Assembly: GCA_029865985.1 (NCBI GenBank)
Contig: JARXAF010000070.1
Location: 1-57,374 of the forward strand
Direction: 5' to 3'
DNA length: 57,374 nucleotides
From: Verrucomicrobiota bacterium
GTDB lineage: Bacteria; Verrucomicrobiota; Verrucomicrobiia; Limisphaerales; UBA9464
Shown here: one piece after another, positions 28,301 through 36,163 of the stretch
Layout: every line of letters begins with the position of its first letter
Position numbering within the stretch: position 1 is the stretch's first letter
Made by a program: the position numbers and the translations under genes
Notes under the pieces: model-generated
What the model saw: only the letters and a program-made list of their open reading frames with translations
Told to the model about the DNA's origin: nothing
The model's database searches: none

Positions 28301-31300
28301 CGCCGCGTCAGCATCACACCGGTCACCGGGGCCAACGCATTGTTGCTCAATGGCCCGGGCGAGGCCGTCCAGGAAGTGATGAAGCTGGTCAAGGAACTCG
28401 ACGCCGAGAGCGCCACCGGTGAAGTCGAGGTGCGCATTTACAAGCTCAACAGCGCCAACGCGACGGACATCCAACCGGTCCTCTCCCAATTGCTGGCCAA
28501 TGTGAGCACCCGGCTCGAACGTCGTGGGTTCGGGTCCCGAGCCCAACCGGCCATCGCCATCGACCCTCGCTCCAATAGCCTGCTCATCACCGCCTCGGCC
28601 ACCCACTTCAAGCTCATCGAGCAACTGCTCCCCACGCTGGACAAAGCGCCGGAGCGTTCTGATCGGGATGTCCAATTTGTCTGGCTGCAGAATGCTCGCG
28701 CCGCCGATATCCGCATGAAGGTCGCCGCCGTCTATGAAGAGCGCCCGCGGGGCGAACAACCCGTCCTGGAAGTGGACCGCGAGGCCAACACCCTGACGGT
28801 GATCGCCCGCCGCTCCGACATGCCGCAAATCCAGGACTTGATCCAACGCCTGGACACCTCCGCCCAGGACAACAGCCTCCAAGTCCGACTGCTAACGGTC
28901 GACGACGTGCCGGTCGAACAAATGATCGGGATGCTGACCAATATTTATCCGCAGATGTATGGGGCCTCGATCAAACTGGTGGATCGCTTGCCATCGCTGG
29001 ATCGGACCAAGACCAACAATCCCGCCAAGACGCCCGAGGTCACCGTGGCCCTGGACCGGAATGCCAACGCTTTGATCCTCTCGGGCCCGGCTCCGGAACT
29101 GGACCGGATCAACCGCATGGTCACCGACCTTTCTTGGAAGGCCACCTCGGGCGAAAGCGACTTGCGCATTCTGGCCCTGAGCCAAGCCGACCCGGTGGTC
29201 ATGGCCCGCACCCTGAACAACGTCTTCCGTGCCGGTGGCGGTCGGGGTGGTCAGCCCGAGCCCCAACCCCAGCAAAGCCAACGCCCGCCGCGCTTCACGG
29301 TCGTGCCCGAACCCCGCTCCCGAAGCCTGCTGGTCCGGGCCTCTGCCAAGGATTTCTCCATCATCGAGACGCTGGTCAAACAACTCGACACGGCCAATCC
29401 CGCCGCCGACTTGTCCCACCGGCTGATCACCCTCACCCACACCCCGCCGTCCAAGATCACTCCGCTGGTCCAGCAACTGGTGCAGCAACTCAGCGCCCAA
29501 CATCCGGGGGATCCGCTCACGGTATTGCCCTACGGCCGGTCCAAGGGACTGCTGGTGGTGGCTCGTGAACCGCTCATCGCCCAGGTGGAGAAAATGATCA
29601 AGACCCTCGATACACCGAGCGAGGATGCGGAAGCCGAAGTCCGGGTCTTCACGCTGAAGCAAAGCGCCGCGCCCGCCATGGCGACGACGCTCCAGAACCT
29701 CCTGCGCCCGGGAGCCGCTGGTGAGGCAGGATCCGAGGCTCGTGAACTCCAGGAACAGGTCCGCAAACTCAACATCCGGAGCGACTCGGGAAGCCCGGTG
29801 GCCCTCGACCTCCAGCGTCCCATCAAGATCACGGCCGACCCCAGCGACGGCAACCGCCTGCTCATCACCTCCACGCCGAAGAACCTCGAGGCCTTGAGCA
29901 AGGTTGTGGAAATGCTCGATCAGGTGGGTTCGGCCGAAGCGGCCGACTTCGCGGTCGTGGCCTTGCTCCACGCCGATGCCCGCACCACGGGCCAGACACT
30001 GACCACCATCTTCACCCAAGGAGCCAGGCTGGGCACCCGGCAAGATGGCCCCGGCAAACCCGAGGCCGGATCGGCCCGGGCACTGGCCAGCCAACTGAAC
30101 GTCACGGCCGATGCCCGGCTCAATGCCCTGATCCTTTCCGGCCGCAAAGACTCCATCGAATTGGCCCGCAAGCTCATCAAGGACCTCGACAAGCAATGGG
30201 ACTCCGCCGTCACCGAGGTGAAGGTATTTCGGGTGAAGTACGCAACTCCCTCGCGCCTGCTGCCCATGCTCCAATCGGTGTTCACCGAAGGTCCGTCGGT
30301 GCCGGGAACCGAAGGACTCAACAACTACGTCAGCCGGCTGCAAACCCGCCGCGAAGGGGGCAAGGCTGTCTCCACCGAGCAGGCCAAGACCCGCACGGCA
30401 CTCACCCTTCAGGCCGATGACAACGTCGGTGCACTCATTGTGGCTGCCCGCGCCGACACCCTGCCCCTCATCGAAGAACTCCTCACCCAACTCGATATTC
30501 CAGACGCCTCGGGCCTGAGCACCGTCCGCATTTATCCCCTCAAGCACGCCGACGCCACGGCCGTGCAGAAGATCATCACCGATCTCCATTCCGGGGCGCG
30601 GAACGCCAATGCCAAACCCAGCGACCGGCCGACCATCACGCTGGATGACCGCAGCAACTCGATGATCGTCTCCGGCAACGACAAGGCCTTCGCCATCATC
30701 GACAACCTCATCGCCCAACTCGACAAGCCCATGGCGCCCGAGTTCCGCGACATCCGCATCCTGCCCTTGGCCCATGCCGATGCGGCCCAATTGGCGGCGA
30801 CATTGCAGCGCCTGATGGATCAGCGCGTGACCCGTCAGGGGAGTCTCGGCAAAGGCCAGGGCGACGGCTTGAAGGTGCTCGTGCTGCCCGAACCCCGTTC
30901 CAACAGCCTGCTGGTCGGTGGTGGCAAGGACGCCTACGAACTGGTCGAATCCCTCGCCCGCAAGCTCGACGACGCCGCCCCGAGCCTGACGGGCGGAGTG
31001 CGCATTGTGCCCCTGGAATACGCCGATGCCCGCATCCTTGCCGCCTCCTTCAACCAACTCTTCACCCAGCGCTATCAGGCGAGCACCTCACCGGAGGTCC
31101 AGCGCCAGAAGCCGGTCATCCTGCCCGACGCCCGCGTCAATGCGCTCATGGTCTCCGCCGGTCGCGAAGACAACGAAACCATTGATGCCCTGCTCAAGAA
31201 GCTCGATCGCAAGCTCGACAACCCCTCGCTGGCCCTGACCGTGCTGCCCCTCAAGCACAACGACGCCGCCAAGGTGGCCGTGACTCTTGAAGGCGTCTTC

Positions 31301-34186
31301 GCCGCCCGCATGCAGGCGCGAACCTTGCCCGGCCAGGCCCCCTCCCCCACCGACCGGGTGGAGATCCAAACCGACAGCCTCAACAACTCGCTCATCGTCT
31401 CGTCCAACAAGGAGAACCTCGACCTCATCAAGGACTTGCTCACCCGCATCGATGTGGAACCCACGGTCGCCGAGGGCGTGTTGGAAACCTTTGTCCTCAA
31501 GCACGCCGATGCGCAGCGCGTGTCCACCATGCTCAAGAGCCTGGTGCAACAAGGCATGTACCGACCCGGCCGCTCCGACGTGAAGATCCCAGGTCAGGCC
31601 AGTCGCGATGCCATGGCCATTGCCGTCGATACCCGGAGCAACACCCTCATGGTCTCGGCCAGCCCCGACAATCTTGGGCTCATCAAGGAGATCATCGCCA
31701 AGGTCGATACGCTGGACTTCGTGGCCGCCACCGACTTGAAGGTCTACAAACTGGAACACGCGCGGGCCTCCAACCTAGCTGGCGTGCTCACCCAATACTT
31801 GCAGGCTCGCAAAGCGGCCGATACGGCCTCGCTCAACGCCCCTGAGCGCAGCATGCCGGTGGCCGTCATCGCCGACACCCGCCTCAACGCCATCCTCGCC
31901 ACCGGATCCAAGGAAGCCATCGACATGCTGGACCGCATCGTTCCTCAGCTCGATGCCGAGGATCGTCTCGCCCAACTGAACTTCCGGGTCTTCCCCCTCA
32001 AAGAGGCCACCGCCATCCGGTTGCAAACCACCTTGCAAAACCTCTTCGCCAACCGCCCGCCCAAGGCACGGGGTGAGCCGGTGGACCCCATCACCGTCGT
32101 GGCCGACGCTTGGGTGAACGCCCTCATCGTCGGAGCGGTCGTGGAAGACATGTCCATGGTTGACGGCCTCATCAAGCGGCTCGACACACAGCAAGCCGAA
32201 CTCGGCCTGAAGGTCGAAGTGATTCCCCTGGCCAAGGCCGACGCCCGTAAGGTGGCACAAACCGTCCAAGGCCTCTTCCGCGAGGGCACCCAAGGCGGAC
32301 CGCTGCCCATCGTGGTCACCGCCGATGAACGCGTGAACGCACTCGTCGTTTCCTGTGGCAACACCGACCTCAAACGCATCCGCGACGTGGTGGCCAAACT
32401 CGACACCGACCAGACCGCCCGTGTGAGCGAGATCCGGGTAATCCCCCTCAAGTACGCCCGCGCCGAGAACCTGACACAGGTGCTCAATACCTCGCTCAAT
32501 TCCAAGATCGCCCCACTGTCCGACCTGAGCCCCAACGCGCAGTCGGTGCTGCAATTCGTCACCCGGACCGAAGACGGCCAGGAACTCGTGACCGCCGCGC
32601 TCAAGGAAGCCATTTCCATTACCCCGGATCCGCGCATGAATGCTCTCGTGGTTTCCGGCCCGGTGGACTACATGGGACTGCTTGAGCAAATCGTCGGCCG
32701 CCTCGACAACAGCTCATCGCGGGAAGCCAAGATCCGCGTCTTCTCGCTGCGCAATGCAGATGCTCAACAAACAGCCCAATTGCTGTTGTCGATGTTCCGC
32801 ATGCAGGCCACGGGTGCGGCCGTGGCCGGCACAGGCCAGCGGACCATCCAATACACACTCATGAGGCCGGCTGCCGACGGCACCGAAACCCCCTCGGCCA
32901 CCGCCGTGATCGGCTCCGAGGAGCAAACAGCCTTGAGCGTCAGTGTCGACCCCCGCACCAACACCTTGTTGATCGGTGGCACCGAGCATTACGTGGCCCT
33001 CGTCCAACAAATCATCGAGACGCTGGATTCGTCCGAAGCCTTGGAGCGTAAAACCGAGGTGTATCGCCTCAAAAACGCACAAGCTCCGGATGTCGGCACC
33101 GCCATCCGAAGCTTCCTCGACCAAGAACGCCAACGGGTCACCCAAGTGCTCGGCACCGACGCGGTCGGCACGGCCCAACGTCTCCTCGAACGCGAAGTGG
33201 CCATCGTGCCCGAGCAAGTCAGCAACACCTTGCTGCTGTCCGCCAGCCCGAGGTACTTCGAGCAAATTCACCAAATCATCGAAGAACTCGATCAGGCCCA
33301 ATCGCAGGTTCTTATCCAGGTCTTGCTGGCGGAAGTCACCCTCGACTCGAACCGCGACCTGGGCTTCGAGTGGAGCTTCACCAAGAACATCGGCAACGGA
33401 TGGAATGTCGGTTCGAAGACCGACTTCGGCGTCCCCACCCAGATGCAGAACTTCGGCGGCTATTCCGCTCTGGTCACCGGCAACAACATGAGCTTCCTGA
33501 TGCGGGCTCTGGAAAATGACGGTCGCGTGGAAGTGTTGAGCCGGCCGCAAATCCTCACCGCCGACAACAAGATCGCCTCCATCAACATTGGACAACGAGT
33601 CCCGATCATCACTGGAAGTTCCACGACCCCCCAAGGTGGACAAATCAACACCTTCGACTACCGCGACGTGGGCGTGAATCTGACGGTCACCCCACGCATC
33701 ACCGGCGAAGGTTTTGTGAAGATCGACGTGGGTGCCACCAACAGCTCCCTGGCCAGCTCCAGCGTGGAGATCAACGACAAGGCCACGGTGCCCATCATCA
33801 ACGAACGTCGTGCCTCCACCACGGTCACCGTGCAAAGCGGTCAAACCGTGGTCATCGGCGGACTCATCGGCACCGTCGATGACATACGCCGCAAGAAGAC
33901 TCCGTTCCTCGGCGACATCCCGGGCGTCGGTTTCTTCTTCCGCAGCTCTTCCAAAAAATCGGAGCGCCGAGAACTCCTCATCATGCTCACCCCTCAGGTC
34001 CTCACGGCCAATCACGAGCAAGAGCCCAAGATCACCACCATCGGGAACTACTCGACCCGCATGCTGGAGAAGTCGACCCTTCGTGGAGCCGAGCGCAAAG
34101 ACCCCTTGAAGATCCAGTTGATGGATTCGATCTTCCCCAACGACATCAACGCCTCCAAGACCAACGCGCCCGCCGACAAAAAGTGA
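22334..34186 (+). CDS. gspD: Giant secretin (GspD-like), 3950 aa: signal peptide, N0, about 43 NolW/Secretin_N repeats, secretin core
   Basis: N0 (IRFQFDG..VIERFAQMSGK..GTITF..LNVIL); repeats of R-x-F-x-L-K-x-A-x-A...D-x-R-x-N-x-L-I-V...I-x-x-L-D; core QVLIQVLLAEV, VLSRPQILTADN, DVGVNLTVTPRI, SGQTVVIGGLI, PFLGDIPGVGFFF, ELLIMLTP. Confidence 0.95.
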   Translation: MNIQRSIRLAIALSLGLGLSVPNPFAQAQTASPGSGTTPAKPSTPSPASAPAQTTAATPTPTNAPAISPANAKNIRFQFDGIPYADVIERFAQMSGKPVVGELNIPGTITFNDSNAYNYAEAFDTLNVILSMKGQMIVEEGNFLRVLPFRELPQTPLRILRGGDKADGVRPGEVVTVVLDLKNLDAKEISESITNLLSTAGSVAPLSRGRGLILTDRLVNIQRVKSLIGSVDNETAAQRQMKTYTLLHASGAVVADLINRTFGITTAPKRTQFNPNSKQLDVLPADPNDYVTAVYDDASRTLVLFGPRERLTLADELISRFEDGGTGAGDVRIYTPEVIKAEELANMIRQAIPGVAAANETGSAAATKARVIAEKDTNRLIVAAPLAGMADQIEALVNRLDKPVHGSGRTAATSAPGKTQVVQITRVFRTRTSEVKNVGKILSEALTKTLPNGQKVATASVSVEPGSQSIVVTGSPGDVQTATDIISQLETGSTNPKPQQTRFIDLGSVSDAKRIVPLVEQIYRSEVSGDNAGGAAHAKIMAEPNTSRLIVTASEEHLTRIEEIVRNLRAEKSKPLQRSLHILALRHARLETAFTSLNSLINERMADRRFEDQPKPSVVPDNTNNRLLVTATEEQKKEIEAILAVVDLAPERQKRQMAVIPVNGKSPAELITLAGQMMSQLGEQPSNPQLEPKLIPDASGKQIIVLATDSDIQRVRTLIQQLDATTTSAVSRQFRNVELHNRNAAELTPLVQQLYQEQIKGNSEPPGGPATLMTDAKNNRIMVSGAEREITRVEAIIRQLDPAGQKSAKEETRIIRLKTAVASEISSLVEKSLGSQTQAVKVLVDTRSNSLVITGEPAAVEAAAKIIRELDVPSDVQPREMKVIELKQADAAALATLATTLSTDLLKSQRGAEYTPKGRIMPDPAANRVIISAPREEITLISQVVERLDQAPEAAGGARVFRLTNADASQVVSVVSNAMVKFDARNQPIRRASVSLDRESNSIVVSGSRQDLKDAEGIIQRLDNEGVEGSGGTGGGSKNRSLKMVEVVGEPDTLAQVATRVFLAQNAGRSVTNLVSITPEPNGRRLIVLAPDSLMAQVETVISALDARPDQSQRQLHTIEPQGSRAADLLPMVNKIYAEQNQGRTTKPATLYTDPSGDRLMVFGTADQAAAVRQIVTTVATELPEARTNRVFEIGKPAEAQRLLPIIQQLYKDQASSRPSDGPADTQLLTEPRSGRIIASGRASHLDRISEIINNLKATSGTNLGRETRTFEVGSASDVQRVQPLLQQLYTDQWKERADTDPADAQILGDPRSGRIIVTGRPDHLQKIESILQQLGTSPAKPGADSRDVRIIDLATATASELATTVRSLYLDQAKARFGTTPPDTTITSDTGSNRLIVVGETNELAVIDDLVRKLDKVGSQSATARVFKIKSAEPEKVAEVLSTALVRYDAFGRAQKRATVSVDAKSRTIIVTGDPKELQAVSTIIEQLDTSLGARPDRRMKVVTLRQGKVGEMSARVRQLYNDQSRNQPDLALSDLLVLDDATSNQLILAGSDAQITLVDTILEQLQKSTATLGPRETRTITVGQPDDVIRVMPLLRQLYTERWKNQDAADPADAVFTPDAPNGRILVTARTNHITEIESLLSVIQAPTATPAARETRVLNLAERQATELAGTLRSLYEESLKAKPVPPSEQAIIRADTEGNRLIVTGRTNDLDQIAALVLNLDTANQRSGNSRIFRLTNAEPAQVAAALSNTLAKVDPSGRLTPRVTLGVDNKARTLVVSGEAKDLQAAEQIVTQLDATTSREPRDLQILAIPQGSASEAVARIRPLVMDRLKASGNAADLVLIPDDNQSRVLVTANESQWKAVQDIASRLLTTETNLIRGVRTLPLQHVTAAPVITLLGQLFAREMALTESAQRLVVTPALDERSLLVSAPPALFERVQSVIQSVDASDPGGSSVLQTVLLRKTVAETVAESVNKAIAGKGTDAKLRRVSITPVTGANALLLNGPGEAVQEVMKLVKELDAESATGEVEVRIYKLNSANATDIQPVLSQLLANVSTRLERRGFGSRAQPAIAIDPRSNSLLITASATHFKLIEQLLPTLDKAPERSDRDVQFVWLQNARAADIRMKVAAVYEERPRGEQPVLEVDREANTLTVIARRSDMPQIQDLIQRLDTSAQDNSLQVRLLTVDDVPVEQMIGMLTNIYPQMYGASIKLVDRLPSLDRTKTNNPAKTPEVTVALDRNANALILSGPAPELDRINRMVTDLSWKATSGESDLRILALSQADPVVMARTLNNVFRAGGGRGGQPEPQPQQSQRPPRFTVVPEPRSRSLLVRASAKDFSIIETLVKQLDTANPAADLSHRLITLTHTPPSKITPLVQQLVQQLSAQHPGDPLTVLPYGRSKGLLVVAREPLIAQVEKMIKTLDTPSEDAEAEVRVFTLKQSAAPAMATTLQNLLRPGAAGEAGSEARELQEQVRKLNIRSDSGSPVALDLQRPIKITADPSDGNRLLITSTPKNLEALSKVVEMLDQVGSAEAADFAVVALLHADARTTGQTLTTIFTQGARLGTRQDGPGKPEAGSARALASQLNVTADARLNALILSGRKDSIELARKLIKDLDKQWDSAVTEVKVFRVKYATPSRLLPMLQSVFTEGPSVPGTEGLNNYVSRLQTRREGGKAVSTEQAKTRTALTLQADDNVGALIVAARADTLPLIEELLTQLDIPDASGLSTVRIYPLKHADATAVQKIITDLHSGARNANAKPSDRPTITLDDRSNSMIVSGNDKAFAIIDNLIAQLDKPMAPEFRDIRILPLAHADAAQLAATLQRLMDQRVTRQGSLGKGQGDGLKVLVLPEPRSNSLLVGGGKDAYELVESLARKLDDAAPSLTGGVRIVPLEYADARILAASFNQLFTQRYQASTSPEVQRQKPVILPDARVNALMVSAGREDNETIDALLKKLDRKLDNPSLALTVLPLKHNDAAKVAVTLEGVFAARMQARTLPGQAPSPTDRVEIQTDSLNNSLIVSSNKENLDLIKDLLTRIDVEPTVAEGVLETFVLKHADAQRVSTMLKSLVQQGMYRPGRSDVKIPGQASRDAMAIAVDTRSNTLMVSASPDNLGLIKEIIAKVDTLDFVAATDLKVYKLEHARASNLAGVLTQYLQARKAADTASLNAPERSMPVAVIADTRLNAILATGSKEAIDMLDRIVPQLDAEDRLAQLNFRVFPLKEATAIRLQTTLQNLFANRPPKARGEPVDPITVVADAWVNALIVGAVVEDMSMVDGLIKRLDTQQAELGLKVEVIPLAKADARKVAQTVQGLFREGTQGGPLPIVVTADERVNALVVSCGNTDLKRIRDVVAKLDTDQTARVSEIRVIPLKYARAENLTQVLNTSLNSKIAPLSDLSPNAQSVLQFVTRTEDGQELVTAALKEAISITPDPRMNALVVSGPVDYMGLLEQIVGRLDNSSSREAKIRVFSLRNADAQQTAQLLLSMFRMQATGAAVAGTGQRTIQYTLMRPAADGTETPSATAVIGSEEQTALSVSVDPRTNTLLIGGTEHYVALVQQIIETLDSSEALERKTEVYRLKNAQAPDVGTAIRSFLDQERQRVTQVLGTDAVGTAQRLLEREVAIVPEQVSNTLLLSASPRYFEQIHQIIEELDQAQSQVLIQVLLAEVTLDSNRDLGFEWSFTKNIGNGWNVGSKTDFGVPTQMQNFGGYSALVTGNNMSFLMRALENDGRVEVLSRPQILTADNKIASINIGQRVPIITGSSTTPQGGQINTFDYRDVGVNLTVTPRITGEGFVKIDVGATNSSLASSSVEINDKATVPIINERRASTTVTVQSGQTVVIGGLIGTVDDIRRKKTPFLGDIPGVGFFFRSSSKKSERRELLIMLTPQVLTANHEQEPKITTIGNYSTRMLEKSTLRGAERKDPLKIQLMDSIFPNDINASKTNAPADKK
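22850..33300 (+). repeat. Array of about 43 divergent ~80-aa secretin N-domain repeats (protein level)
   Basis: Manual count of beta-alpha-beta-beta-alpha units between residues ~173 and ~3655. Confidence 0.85.
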
Positions 34187-34737
34187 TGGTCCTTCACCGA
34201 TCTCAACTCCGCATCCCCCCCGGCGCTCGGACGCTGGGATTGTCCCTGATGCTGGCTGCGAGTCTGGGCTCCGGTTGCTCAACCGGCAGCTCGGGCGGCT
34301 CGGTGGCCGGCAGCACCCAAAAACGATCCCACCGCTCTTCCGGCATTGTGGAATTGCACCTGCTCACCATGCCGGTGGCATTGAATCTGGACGGCGTTCC
34401 CGGTCCGGACGGTGTGGCCGTCAAGCTGTTCGCCAATGTCGGCAACGCCACCAAACCTGCGGCCATCCGCAGCGGTGAGATTGAAATCGTGCTCTTCGAC
34501 GGATTGCTCGACGGCAACAGCAATCCCCTTCCCAAGCCAGCCCACATCTGGACCTTCACAGCCAAGGAGCTCAAGGAATTCGAGACTCAGGCCATGGTGG
34601 GCACCGGTTATCAACTGACCTTGCGTTGGGGATCCTTCAAGCCCAAGAGCGACCGCGTCAGCGTGATCGCCCGTCACCCCATTGGAGAGGGGCGCTACTT
34701 GTACTCCACCCCCGGAGTCATCGCCTGCGCTCCCTGA
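34186..34737 (+). CDS. Lipoprotein, candidate pilotin or secretin accessory protein
   Basis: Lipobox LGSG|C followed by a Ser/Gly linker; ATG overlaps the secretin TGA (TGATG); beta-rich domain. Confidence 0.7.
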   Translation: MVLHRSQLRIPPGARTLGLSLMLAASLGSGCSTGSSGGSVAGSTQKRSHRSSGIVELHLLTMPVALNLDGVPGPDGVAVKLFANVGNATKPAAIRSGEIEIVLFDGLLDGNSNPLPKPAHIWTFTAKELKEFETQAMVGTGYQLTLRWGSFKPKSDRVSVIARHPIGEGRYLYSTPGVIACAP

Positions 34738-34800
34738 TCGGAGCTTGGTTTGGGGTTCCTGCTCACCTGCCCGAGGTGATTTCACCTCGGTTGTCATCCA

Positions 34801-35064
34801 TCACTTTCCGGGCCAGGCACCCACAGCCCCCTTGCCGGGCGCTTGGGCAATGGGTGCTTCGGTCGGGTCACTGAGTGAACGCAGCACCGCCTCAGCCCGG
34901 CCTGAATCCCCGTCGCCAAGGTGACGCATGGCCTCCCGGAAAGCGCCCAACCGGAAGTCGGCATCCCCCTCGGCCCGATCCACCCGATCCAGGAACGCCG
35001 CGATTTCGATCAACTTGCACCGCGCGTCCATGAAGTAGAGATCCAACACCTTCTGACGAGTCAT
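34801..35064 (-). CDS. Small hypothetical protein (87 aa)
   Basis: Protein-like helical sequence MTRQKVLDLYFMDARCKLIEIAAFLDRVDRA; fills the gap between the T2SS operon and fcl. Confidence 0.65.
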   Translation of the reverse strand: MTRQKVLDLYFMDARCKLIEIAAFLDRVDRAEGDADFRLGAFREAMRHLGDGDSGRAEAVLRSLSDPTEAPIAQAPGKGAVGAWPGK

Positions 35065-35227
35065 GCCGTCGATCTTACGCGAGTGAGCCTCATACTCCAA
35101 GCCGTACCGAGCCGCACCGAGACGTACCAAGCCCTCCCCCACCATTCGCCCCGGATTTTGGCGGTAACGACTGCTTGAACCATTGCCAGATCGTCGCCTC
35201 CTCAGGCAATTTCATAACGCGCACCGC

Positions 35228-36163
35228 ATGTCTCTGACCCTTGATTCGAAGATTTACGTCGCGGGCCACCACGGTCTGGCAGGGAGCGCCATCTGGCGCA
35301 GTCTTCAACACCGCGGCTACCGAAACCTCATCGGAAAACGTTCGCGGGAGGTCGACCTCCGTGATGCCCAGGCTGTCGAAGCCTTCTTTGCCAGCGAACG
35401 TCCGGAATATGTCTTTTTGGCAGCTGCCAAAGTCGGCGGCATCAAGGCCAACAACGACCTGCCGGGGGAGTTCCTCCTCAATAACCTGACGATCCAAAAT
35501 CACGTCATCGACGCGGCCCGACGCCATGGCGTTCGAAAACTGCTCTTCCTCGGCAGTTCCTGTATTTACCCGCGCTTGGCACCTCAACCACTGAAGGAAG
35601 AGTACCTCTTGAGCGGCCCGTTGGAGCCCACCAACCAATGGTATGCCATCGCGAAAATCGCCGGCATCAAACTGTGTCAGGCCTACCGTCGTCAGTACGG
35701 CTGCGATTTCATCTCGGCGATGCCGACCAACTTGTATGGCCCCGGCGACAACTACGACCCCTTGGGATCGCATGTCCTTCCGGCCATGATTCGCCGCTTC
35801 CATGAGGCCAAGGTTTCCGGTGTTCCATCGGTCACCTGTTGGGGCACTGGAAGTCCTCTCCGGGAATTCCTGCATTCGGATGACCTCGGAGATGCCTTGG
35901 TCTTCCTCATGGAAAATTACTCGGACGAAGAATTCATCAACGTGGGCTCCAACCAGGAATTGACCATCCGGGAACTCGCCGAGCAGGTGTCACGAATCAT
36001 CGGATACCCCGGGACGATCCATTGGGATTCTTCCCAACCCGATGGCACGCCCCGCAAACTCATGGACAGTTCCCGCCTGCACGCCCTGGGTTGGTCGCCG
36101 AAAGTCGGCTTCGAAGACGGAATCCGCGGCGCTTATCAGGATTTTTTGAAGACCCACGGTTGA
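35228..36163 (+). CDS. fcl: GDP-L-fucose synthase
   Basis: IYVAGHHGLAGSAI; AAAKVGGI; LGSSCIYP; YAIAK; MPTNLYGP; WGTGSPLREFLH; PDGTPRKL. Confidence 0.95.
   Translation: MSLTLDSKIYVAGHHGLAGSAIWRSLQHRGYRNLIGKRSREVDLRDAQAVEAFFASERPEYVFLAAAKVGGIKANNDLPGEFLLNNLTIQNHVIDAARRHGVRKLLFLGSSCIYPRLAPQPLKEEYLLSGPLEPTNQWYAIAKIAGIKLCQAYRRQYGCDFISAMPTNLYGPGDNYDPLGSHVLPAMIRRFHEAKVSGVPSVTCWGTGSPLREFLHSDDLGDALVFLMENYSDEEFINVGSNQELTIRELAEQVSRIIGYPGTIHWDSSQPDGTPRKLMDSSRLHALGWSPKVGFEDGIRGAYQDFLKTHG

Noticed and set aside
22850-33300. Possibility that the secretin repeats are an assembly artefact or a CRISPR-like array
   Set aside because: The repeats are highly divergent at DNA level and in frame throughout; there are no identical direct repeats with spacers.
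23237-34282. Many long minus-strand ORFs (e.g. 28892-31057, 32714-34282) inside the secretin gene
   Set aside because: Antisense shadows of a strongly biased coding strand; no protein-family signal.
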